Positions 1-8,702 of a stretch of DNA of 20,000 bases are shown in pieces. This stretch comes from Folioceros fuciformis (taxonomy: Eukaryota). The position numbers and the translations under genes are program-made. A model generated the notes under the pieces. The model saw only the letters and a program-made list of their open reading frames with translations. It did not search any database and was not told where the DNA came from. The stretch is from the NCBI GenBank assembly GCA_049999805.1, contig JBNGIO010006379.1, forward strand, positions 821,177 through 841,176. The letters are read 5' to 3'. Every line of letters begins with the position of its first letter. Position 1 is the stretch's first letter.

Positions 1-378
1 ATGGAATACACTGCTCTGAGCGGGTTTGTGGCAGTCCTTCTTTTTATTGCTGCAGGCTTGTGTGAGATTGGGGGGGGCTGGCTCGTGTGGAAGTGGAGAA
101 GAGATGAATGGCATTGGGGATTCGGCATCCTGGGAGGAGCGGTATTGCTACTGTATGGGATCATTCCCACCTTCCAGAGCCAGGACTTCGGAAGAACGTA
201 TGCTGTCTATGGCGGCTTCTTCATCGTGCTCTCGTTCCTCTGGGGCTGGGCCCTAGATGGTGACAAACCAGATCGTTGGGACCTGATCGGAGGCGGGATC
301 GCTCTTGCTGCGGTTTGCTTCATTCTCTTCATGCCCAGAACGAAAGATAGGATTGTTGAGTCTGGCACTGGAACTTAG
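1..378 (+). CDS. ynfA: YnfA/UPF0060-family small membrane protein (SMR/DMT-like, about 4 TM), 125 aa, intronless within the window
   Basis: Family motifs AGLCEIGGGWLVW (membrane Glu22), FGRTYAVYGG, LWGWALDGDKPDRWD and C-terminal MPR; four hydrophobic segments. The ATG is at position 1, so upstream exons cannot be excluded. Confidence 0.88.
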   Translation: MEYTALSGFVAVLLFIAAGLCEIGGGWLVWKWRRDEWHWGFGILGGAVLLLYGIIPTFQSQDFGRTYAVYGGFFIVLSFLWGWALDGDKPDRWDLIGGGIALAAVCFILFMPRTKDRIVESGTGT

Positions 379-456
379 ATGAATGCCAAGCAACTAACTG
401 TATGTGAAAGCCAGACCAAACAATGCCGTCTACCCAAGCTGCTTTCGAACTGTTGA

Positions 457-570
457 GCCAGAGGGCCTTAAGGGACTCCTAGACAGCTCTTGTATCTTGT
501 CTGCAGTTGCCTTGCCAGAGGGCCTTAAGGGACTCCTAGAAAGCTGTTGTATCTTGTCTGCAGTTGCCTT
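457..570 (+). repeat. Tandem duplication, 2 x 57 bp
   Basis: Copies at 457-513 and 514-570 (gccagagggccttaagggactcctaga...gcagttgcctt) differ at only 2 positions. Confidence 0.95.
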
Positions 571-639
571 GCTCTGTTGGCTGTGAACCCTTTTCTCTTT
601 TTTTGTTCATTATCAAAATAAAAATTAAAGGTGTTGTAA

Positions 640-711
640 GTCGTTGTAGTATAGTGGTAAGTATTCCCGCCTGTCACGCGGGTGACCCGGGTTCGATCCC
701 CGGCAACGGCG
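640..711 (+). tRNA. trnD-GUC: tRNA-Asp(GUC), plant cytosolic type, no intron
   Basis: Acceptor stem gtcgttg/caacggc; D arm tagtatagtggtaagta; anticodon arm cccgc-ctGTCac-gcggg (GTC at 673-675); T arm ccggg-ttcgatc-cccgg; no encoded CCA; AT-rich upstream flank. Confidence 0.97.
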
Positions 712-732
712 ATAGTCTGCACTCGACGTCAA

Positions 733-737
733 TTTTT
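733..737 (+). terminator. Pol III terminator (T5) for tRNA-Asp
   Basis: First run of five T, about 21 nt after the tRNA 3' end. Confidence 0.7.
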
Positions 738-776
738 GTTTCCGGTTCATGTCTCTTCCTAATTTCGTTTTGACGT

Positions 777-1145
777 TCAATGTGTCTTTCTATGTTTTCG
801 TTTCATGGCATGTTGTCTCTCTTTCTCAATGCTTTTTTTGTAATTTTACATCATTTTTTGGTTGTTCACTCTGTAGCCTAGTGTTTCTCTATTGACTTCT
901 ATTCAATATATGTCTCTGTCTACTTTCATTTTATTATTCAATATGTCTTTCTATGTTTTCGTTTCATAGCATGGTGTCTTTCTTTGTGTTTCATTTTATG
1001 CTTGTGGCCTTTTGAAGGTTTTTTCTTGTAAATTTAAATCTTTTTTTTTGTTATTCACGTTATAGCTGATGTTTTTTTTGTTATTTACGTTATAGCTGAT
1101 CTTTTTTTTGTTATTTACGTTATAGCTGAGGGTGTCTCTCTATTG
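777..1145 (+). repeat. Degenerate T-rich direct repeat (copies starting near 777 and 938) with an internal 30-bp triplication
   Basis: tcaatgtgtctttctatgttttcgtttcatggcatg (about 777) matches tcaatatgtctttctatgttttcgtttcatagcatg (about 938); the similarity continues to gtgtttctctattg / gtgtctctctattg. Confidence 0.75.
1041..1130 (+). repeat. Minisatellite, 3 x 30 bp
   Basis: Unit (n)ttttttttgttattyacgttatagctga(t/g) at 1041, 1071 and 1101. Confidence 0.95.
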
Positions 1146-1261
1146 TTTCATGGCTTGCATGGCTTGGTGTGTCTCCTTATTTTCATTTTTTTAGTTTTTG
1201 GTTAAATCCAACTACAGTGTGTCATCATGAACATATCTCTCGTATAGCTATTCAGGGAACG

Positions 1262-1953
1262 GAGTGATAGTGGTGGGTGCAGCTACCACTATGGTGGTGA
1301 GGAGAATGATGGATAGGAGTTTTGATGTTGTTGAGCCACATATAGTATGTGCAAAATATAACACCCTCACCACTTATAGTATGTGTAGAATGTATCACCA
1401 AAGATACTTCTTCTACAGAAAATTGAGCTACTAAATAGAGTGAGCAATTGTATAGTTAGACATGTGTTTTTGTTCTTCTAGTTGCTTTATGAATTGTAGT
1501 TGTAAGCAAATCTCTCCTATGTCAGTGTTCCTTGTGTGTTGTCTGTAAGAAGTACAAATCACTTGTGACAATGTTCATGACAAGGACTTGGTGAGCATGG
1601 ACTTCTTTCCCAAGTTCAAGAATATTGAGTCAAGAGGCCACATGGATGGAGGGTTATTTGTGGATCAATGACATTGAAGAAAGAGTTCAAGTTGAAGAGT
1701 ATTAAAGGAAGAGGAAGTTTCAATGTGGAAGAATTGTATACTTTGTCCATGATTGTCTCCACACCCAAAGATGACAATGGTAAGCCTCATTCCATTTGGA
1801 GATTTGCTTGTCACAAGCAACTTATATCCTTCACTCTTGCACAAGCTTCAGCAAGTTGATTGAAGCTCAAGGTGATATGGTGCTCAAACATTGACTGGTA
1901 GCCATTGTTTCAGCAAAGGAGGCATGCATTTAGTACACCCCATTACTGAACCC
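1262..1953 (+). mobile_element. Decayed transposable-element relic, possibly Ty3/gypsy gag
   Basis: No CpG found by eye in about 690 bp. Interrupted frame EATWME...EEY*RKRKFQCGRIVYFVHDC (1634-1756) resembles the gag 'PMEL...RRRxxxLCFxCGxxGHFxxDC' zinc knuckle; upstream *QGLGEH resembles gag 'RQGL'. Confidence 0.45.
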
Positions 1954-3146
1954 CGCAAAGAGTTCGGGCTCAACAAACAAGCATCAACTTAAGGAACCCA
2001 CCGAAGAACGATACGGACACGAGGTTGGAATTACCCTATGGAATACCTTAGAGGAGAGACGGAGCTGCCTAGACTCTTTCTTCAAAGCAGTGACACACGC
2101 CTCTTTGGTACACCCCTCGAACTTCTAGCACAGAAAAACCATATCCCCACAATAGACATCCGGTGCCACGAAGGAAAAAATCTCCCGTTCACCTCCTTCC
2201 TCACACACCCACTATGGGTCGGGTGGCCTGGTGGCTTTACCTCGCCTGGGGCTTGGGCTCAGGTTTGGGAGCGTCCACAGAAGACATCTGAGAGTCCGAG
2301 AAGAGACTAGTAGATGAACATGCCAGTTGTCGAGTCAGTTTGATGCAGATGCGGGCGAAGGAACCAAGGCAGAAGGAAACATCCTGGGGCCAGGACCTAT
2401 TGCAATCGAGCTCGCGCTCGAGGCTTGTGTGTGTGCACGATAGTGACTTATGCCGGTTTGGGGAAGACACCCCAGAGTGGATTAAAGAAAGAGGCAGCCT
2501 CCATGTGCATTGCGGGATTCCATATTCCTGATGTCCCAGTGTAATGAGAACTAGACTGGACCCCGTCTACGCGCTTCGCAAAGCTTGCATGTCTCATGTC
2601 AATTTGCAATATGAATCCATCCTTTAGTGTGGTTTCTCTGGTAACGACATACACCGATGAAGAGAATGCAACAACAACATGCATGTTCCACATCCACGAG
2701 CAATTTCTCAAAACGACAACTTCTTATGAAAACAAACGGCTGGCATCACCAAATTCTCCACCAGATCTTCTTCCTCCACGCTTAGTTGTTCCCCACGAAA
2801 TATGCCCTAAGAGTATTCCGATCCTTCTGCCACTCCTAAAGCCTTCTCTTGCTGCTTCGATTGATGAGTCCGCACCGCGACACTTGTCATGTTCAAATGA
2901 GAAAGTCACACCTTACAGTGTGATGGGTTAGAAGGTAACCACTCGTCCCTTGCAGATTAGGCGAGTACGAGAAGTCCAGGATGCAGTTACCGTGTTTCGG
3001 GTCTCTGAAAGCTCGACAGGTTCCTGAGCAGTTGTCCATTTTCAGATGTATCCTACGACAACCAGTTTCGGATGTGACAGGTACTCTTCTGCATTCAGCT
3101 CCTTCAGCAAGCTGTTCAGCCTTGCGGATATGACCTCACTCTAAGG

Positions 3147-6074
3147 ATGTTGTTTATTTCCAACCACAAATCTGTGCACCGGCCCATCCATGTCGGTCCG
3201 TGGGATTACAGGCAACGTAGCAAGGGCTCCCATGTGCCTCATTTCAGGCACAGGGAATCTCTGGAGGTCCTCTGGCTAAACAGCTGCTTGAAGCCAGCGT
3301 GGGTGGATACCCACCGGGCTGGTCTGGATATGCAGATGGGACGGGGTGCCCATGTGTTTGAGCTCCGAAGGTCTCTAAGGGAGCTAACGGCTGATAAAGC
3401 GAGAGAGCTGTGTCAGCAAGGGCAGCTCACTGATGCTGTTGAAGCTCTGGGAGTTCTGGTGCAGATAGACTCTTGTTTTTGTCAGTCTGTCTGGTATACT
3501 GTGCTTAAAACATGTGTGGCTCAGAAGGATCTGGTTCTTGGTCGCCGGTTGCATGCTCTCCTGGTGAAAGGGGGGTATGAGTCGGACACGTTCTTGTGCA
3601 ACCACATCCTGCGGATGTATGTTTCTCTTGCCAGCTTGGTAGAAGCTATGGATGTGTTTTCAGTGGCTGTCAAACCGGATGCCTTCATGTGGTCTTCCAT
3701 AATCTCTGCACACGTGAAACAGGGCCAAGATAAACAGGCCATACAGCTGTATCATCAGATGCGCAGATCACGTGTAAAGGCCGATGGCCATGTATTTGTT
3801 GCAGCCCTTCAGGCTTGTGCGAGGGGAGAAGATCTGGAAACTGGGCAGCAGGTGCATGCCGATGTGTTGGCCAGCGGGGTTGAGCCTGATTTGTTTGTCA
3901 GTAGTTGCTTGGTGGACATGTATGCAAAATGTGGCAGCTTGCAGGACGCTCGAAGAGTGTTTGATGGACTTGGGCAAAAGAATGTGGTGACATGGACAGC
4001 TCTGATAGCAGGATACTCCCAGCAGGGCATGGGGCAGGAAGCCCTTCATCTTTACAGTGCTATGCAAAATGAAGGCACCGTTACACCTACATCCGTCACT
4101 CTTGTCGCTGTCCTGCAGGCGTGTGCATGTGTGGGCGCCCAGGCTTTGGAGAAGGGCAGGCAGGTTCATGAACGAATTTGTGAACAAGGACTTCAAGGTG
4201 ATGTGTTTGTCTCCAGCAGTTTGGTGAACATGTTTGCCAAGTGTGGCAGCCTAGACGAAGCTCGAGGTGTGTTTGACAAACTTCGTCAAAAAAATGTAGT
4301 GACATGGAATGCCATCCTAGCAGGATATTCCCACCGTGGCATGGGTCTGGAAGCTCTTCATCTCTACAGTGCAATGCAAAAAGATGGCACTGTCGTACCT
4401 GACTCTGTGACATTTGTGGCTCTCCTGCAGGCATGTGCAAGTGTGGGTACCTCAGCTTTGGACAAGGGAAGGCATCTTCATGCACAGATTCGAGAACAAG
4501 GACTTCAAGCAGATGTGGCTGTAGGTGGCAGCCTGGTGAACATGTATGCGAAGTGTGGCAGCTTGGAAGCCGCTCAAACAGTGTTCGACGGACTGGATAA
4601 AAAAAATGTGGTGACATGGACGGCTCTAGTAGCAGGATATGCAAAGTGTGGCAACCTGGAGGGTGCCCAAAGGGTGTTCGACAGACTGGGGGAAAAAAAT
4701 GTGGTAACATGGACTGCCCTGATAGCAGGATACGCAAAGTGTGGCAGCCTGGAGGATGCTCAGGGTGTGTTTGAAGGGCTTCCTCTGAAAGATGTTGTCA
4801 TGTGGAACGCCATGATTGCAGGGTACTCTCAGCAGGGCATGGGGCAGGAATCACTTCGTCTTTACAGGGCAATGCAAGAAGAAGGCGTCACTGCGCCTGA
4901 TGCCGTGACATTCGTGTCCCTCCTGCAAGCATGTGCAAGTGTGGGCGCCCCTGCTTTGGCTACGGGGAAACAGCTTCACGCACAAATCAGAGAACGGCAG
5001 CTTCAAGCTGACGTGCCCGTAGCCAACAGTTTGGTGAACATGTATGCAAAGTGTGGGAGTCTAGAGGATGCTCGAGCCGTGTTTGACAGACTTGGCTACA
5101 AGAATGTGGTAACATGGAACGCCATGATAGGAGGATATTCCCAGCAAGGCGTGGGTCAAGAAGCCCTTCATCTTTACCGTGCCATGCGAGAAGAAAGCAC
5201 TGCCATGCCTGATGCTGTGACATTCGTCTCGGTCCTGCAGGCCTGTGCAAATGTTGCAGCTTTGCATGTCGGGAGGCAGCTTCATGTGCAGATTAAAGAC
5301 CAAGGGCTTGAAGCAGATGGGATTGTAGGCAACAGTTTGATCAACATGTATGCAAAGTCAGGGAGCATGGTTGATGCCCAGCAGGTGTTTGAGGCATTGC
5401 CGCAGAGAGACCACGTGGCTTGGAATGCACTGATGGCAGGCTATGCCCGTCAGGGAGACAGTGATGTGGTGTTCGACTTGTTTCATAGAATGACAGAGCA
5501 CGCTATACAGCCATCCAGCATCACATTCCTGAGTGTTCTAACGGTGTGCAGTCACTCGGGCCTGGTAGACAAGGGGCGGGAGTACTTCGAGACCATGAGC
5601 AAGCACTACGACATCACTCCCGCAGTGGAGCACTGTACGTGCATGGTGGACCTTTTGGGTCGTTCTGGCCAACTGGACGAGGCACTGGCGTTGGTGAAGG
5701 CAATGTCTGCACGGCCCGACGCTGCAGTTTGGCACGCCTTGTTGGGTGCTTGCCGAATGTGGAACAATGTGGAGGTGGCAAGTCGTGCATTCCATGAAGC
5801 AATGCAACTAGACATCAAAGATGCCACAGCATATGTGCTGATGTCAAACGTGTACAACGGTGCCCACATGTGGGAGCAGGCACTGGAGATGCAGACAAGG
5901 AGAAAAGCAATGAGGGCATGGAAGCAGCCAGGCCAGAGCTGGTGGACAGACATGGACGGATTGGTGCACACCTTTGTGGTTGGGGACACACAGCATCCCG
6001 AGAGCGAGCGCATATATGCAAGGCTGCAAGAGCTTGTTGCCAGAATGGACGGCTTGGCACCCATAAACAACTGA
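3147..6074 (+). CDS. PLS-class PPR protein, E+ subclass (about 22 P/L/S/SS motifs + E1 + E2 + WW-type PG box); candidate organellar RNA-editing specificity factor
   Basis: Repeated VVTWN/TALIAGY (P), VTFVxLLQAC (L) and SLVNMYAKCGSL (S) motifs; P2-L2-S2 (ITFLSVLTVCSHSGLV; EHCTCMVDLLGRSG); E1 (VWHALLGAC); E2 (AYVLMSNVY); then KQPGQSWWTD...HTFVVGDTQHP. No HxE/CxxC or DYW terminus. The true start codon and any 5' exons are uncertain. Confidence 0.95.
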   Translation: MLFISNHKSVHRPIHVGPWDYRQRSKGSHVPHFRHRESLEVLWLNSCLKPAWVDTHRAGLDMQMGRGAHVFELRRSLRELTADKARELCQQGQLTDAVEALGVLVQIDSCFCQSVWYTVLKTCVAQKDLVLGRRLHALLVKGGYESDTFLCNHILRMYVSLASLVEAMDVFSVAVKPDAFMWSSIISAHVKQGQDKQAIQLYHQMRRSRVKADGHVFVAALQACARGEDLETGQQVHADVLASGVEPDLFVSSCLVDMYAKCGSLQDARRVFDGLGQKNVVTWTALIAGYSQQGMGQEALHLYSAMQNEGTVTPTSVTLVAVLQACACVGAQALEKGRQVHERICEQGLQGDVFVSSSLVNMFAKCGSLDEARGVFDKLRQKNVVTWNAILAGYSHRGMGLEALHLYSAMQKDGTVVPDSVTFVALLQACASVGTSALDKGRHLHAQIREQGLQADVAVGGSLVNMYAKCGSLEAAQTVFDGLDKKNVVTWTALVAGYAKCGNLEGAQRVFDRLGEKNVVTWTALIAGYAKCGSLEDAQGVFEGLPLKDVVMWNAMIAGYSQQGMGQESLRLYRAMQEEGVTAPDAVTFVSLLQACASVGAPALATGKQLHAQIRERQLQADVPVANSLVNMYAKCGSLEDARAVFDRLGYKNVVTWNAMIGGYSQQGVGQEALHLYRAMREESTAMPDAVTFVSVLQACANVAALHVGRQLHVQIKDQGLEADGIVGNSLINMYAKSGSMVDAQQVFEALPQRDHVAWNALMAGYARQGDSDVVFDLFHRMTEHAIQPSSITFLSVLTVCSHSGLVDKGREYFETMSKHYDITPAVEHCTCMVDLLGRSGQLDEALALVKAMSARPDAAVWHALLGACRMWNNVEVASRAFHEAMQLDIKDATAYVLMSNVYNGAHMWEQALEMQTRRKAMRAWKQPGQSWWTDMDGLVHTFVVGDTQHPESERIYARLQELVARMDGLAPINN

Positions 6075-6987
6075 AGTGTTTTTCCGGGTACGAGGGATTG
6101 GGCTCTGGTGTCTTGGGCGTCGCTCGCTCTTCACGCAGATATCATGCGTTTGAAGTTTTAAACGACGGAACCCTGGCTTGCCTGCTGCAGTCGATGATGG
6201 CAACAGCTAAACGCCGAAACCACATCTGCAGAGACAACAGTTCCTGGATATGCGGCACCTTCAGGACAGGGAAGACATGTACATATATTCTGTGCATTTT
6301 GTGGCGGGCTTTGTCCGTGGCTGCTACTGTACATCTGTTGTATCAGTCCTTCGCATCCCGAAGTCCCGGATAGTGTGCATGCCAAGACAGACATAGGTTC
6401 CGCGGCAGCCTCTGGCAGAGGCTGCGGGCTCCGGACTCCTGGCAACCTATGGACTCGTGAGCCTGGCCTGCTGTTCGAGGTGGGCGGGTGTCACATGGGG
6501 GAATATTGGAGAAAAATTCTGACATTCTTTGCTTGCCTTGTGCTCTCCAGGGAGGTCGTTACGAACAACAAGAAGTGCGCGGAGAACAAAAGCTGCTGCT
6601 CAGGGCAACAGAGCAGCTCGGTGAGGCCTGACCTGATCTGGTTGGGGCAAAGCGGGCGGTGGGAACGTGCCAAGACTGGAGGCAGCGCCAATGGGACTCC
6701 GTCAGTACGACACCCGCACTGGTGACTCCGGCTTCGTCCGGCCACGGGGTCTTGGGGTCCTAGCTGGCGCAGGGTAAGGTCATTGGACCCTAGAGGGAGG
6801 TTTTGGGTTCCGACAATGGCAGGTGGGCCACATGATCTCCGCATCCGCTCTGCAGCTGGCTGTCACTCTGAGCCCCAGTGCTCCAGGCTGCCATGGAATT
6901 GGGCCTGGAGCACGAGGAGTGCGGATGTTCGGGTCCTTATGATCTGAGAAGCTCCAGGCCGAGCGGAATCGCCGTGGCTGGGGGAAG

Positions 6988-8702
6988 ATGGATCACCAGC
7001 AGCAGCAGAATCAGGAGAGGAGGCCGTCTCCGGCTGCTGGATCGGCCACGCCCTTCGTGGCGGGCACGCCCCAGTCTGTGTCGCAGCAGAGCATGCTCTC
7101 CTCGCTGTCGAGGCAGAGCAGCAGCAGGCGTGGGAGGGGGCCGTTCTGGGGGCTGGTAGTGTGCGTGACTGGGCTGACGAAGGAGGCGAGGAAGCAGGTG
7201 CAGCAGGCGACGGAGGCCATGGGGGGATCCTACAGCCCCGATTTGCACCCGCTTTGCACGCACCTGGTGGTGCAGATCTGCGCCGGCCGGAAGTTCGAGC
7301 ACGCCGTGAAGCACGGCCTCCGGCGGGGCCTCTTCGTCGTCACCCTGGCCTGGTTCGTGAACTGCGCCCGGCAGCACGCGCGGCTGGATGAGGAGCCTTA
7401 CCGGGTGGAGCGCAGCCAGATGGACGCTGGAGTGCGGCCGGAGGATTTCTCCAAGGCCATCCTGGCGATTCCCTCCGACAGATTCTGCCTGCCCCCGGGA
7501 CTCCGTCGGGGGTCCATCTCCAGGACGCAGCAGAACCAGCCTCCGCAGCAGCAGCGGGAACTGCAGCAGAAACAGCAGCAGCAGGTCTTCTCCGGGGCCT
7601 GCTTCTACCTGGACGCCGACTTGCACGGAGAAGCGCGGGAAAAGATTGTGGAGGCGGCTGCTGCGGAGGGCGCCGGGATGGTGGAGAACTGGTTCATCGG
7701 GTGCAACGCCACGCACGTGGTGTGCGAGGGCACGGCGCTGTTGCGCTACGTGGGCTTCAACACGCACGTCGTGTCCCCGACCTGGGTGCTGCGGACGGCC
7801 AAGGAGAAAGAGCAGGAGCGGTGCGTGCATTTCTCGGTGGATCTCTCCCGGCAGCTGGCGTGCTTCCTGGAGCACGCGCGGGGGAGCCAGGTGGGGCGGC
7901 AGGGGGGGAGGCTTGCCATCTGCGGGCCTCCGGACGACAGGAAGGGGCAGGCGGCACTGCGGGAGAGGCAGGAAGAGGTGGCTTTGGCCAAGGCGGATGT
8001 GAGGAGGAGGAGGTCGGCCAGGCTGCAGGCGTTCCGGACCAATGTGCAGCCCTTCACTCCGGCTGCTCTCCTGGACACGGTGTGTTGGTGCGTGACGGAG
8101 GCGCCGGGGACGGCGTCTGTTGCTGTTTGCTCCGATCAAATCTCTTTGCTTCACCACCGGGTGCGGGGGAAGGAGGGGTCGGGGAGGTTGGATGGGGAGG
8201 TGGTCACTCGGGCCATGACCGAGTTGGAGAGGTGGGAGGTCGTGTACACGCCGGCCTTTCTCACTCTCCTGTTCCCTGTAGATCAGTTCTCTGAAATCGG
8301 ACCCACGTCCAAGACGTTTGTGAGCGATCGAGGGTTCACGAGGCAGCACATTCTGGAATGCATCGGTAAATTCTACCAGGTCGGGAGTGATGTTCCTCAG
8401 AGGTGCTGCAAGGCGAGTCCATTTCATATTAGCTTTGATGCCTTCGGGAGTGAGTAATGTTGTTGTGAATGGAAATGCAGGATTCCCTCTCTCCGGATGA
8501 GGTGCGAGTGGCTCTGCACACGGACTCTAAAATGGCCGACCGTCTCCGATCGTGTTATGCATCTAAGCAGAGCGTGGATGCAGGGTACGTGTCCATGAGG
8601 AGAATCGAGTTCCTAGGGAACAGGAGGAATTTTGAGGGCCTAAGGCGGCTGAGCAAGGAGCCTACTTCCCAGCTGTATGAAGTACTCCTTTTCGGTGCCT
8701 GA
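6988..8702 (+). CDS. BRCT-domain protein (resembles the plant At3g43930-type family), 2 exons, about 537 aa
   Basis: Exons 6988-8379 and 8481-8702, with a phase-0 intron at 8380-8480 (cag|gtcggg...atgcag|gat). BRCT motifs PFWGLVVCVTGL...GGSYSPDLHPLCTHLVV...VTLAWF and FSGACFYLD...ATHVVCEG...VVSPTWV. An in-frame TGA at 6940 fixes the start. Confidence 0.85.

Noticed and set aside
525..773. Short ORFs overlapping the tRNA
   Set aside because: Artefacts of translating tRNA-Asp and its flanks.
1041..1130. CRISPR-like appearance of 30-bp repeats
   Set aside because: Head-to-tail repeats with no unique spacers, no cas genes and a eukaryotic context.
1954..3146. Several 60-110 aa ORFs upstream of the PPR gene
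   Set aside because: No recognisable domains or consistent exon chain; more likely promoter, 5' UTR or intron. A phase-compatible mini-exon (3046-3080 spliced to 3248) is possible but unsupported.
6075..6373. Possible frameshifted DYW remnant after the PPR stop (RRYHAFEVLNDG resembles RFHHFxDG)
   Set aside because: No HSE, CxxC or terminal tripeptide seen; similarity is too short to distinguish from chance.
6937..8427. 496-aa antisense ORF spanning BRCT exon 1
   Set aside because: Shadow of a GC-rich coding strand; low-complexity Pro/Arg/Leu/His translation with no recognisable domain.
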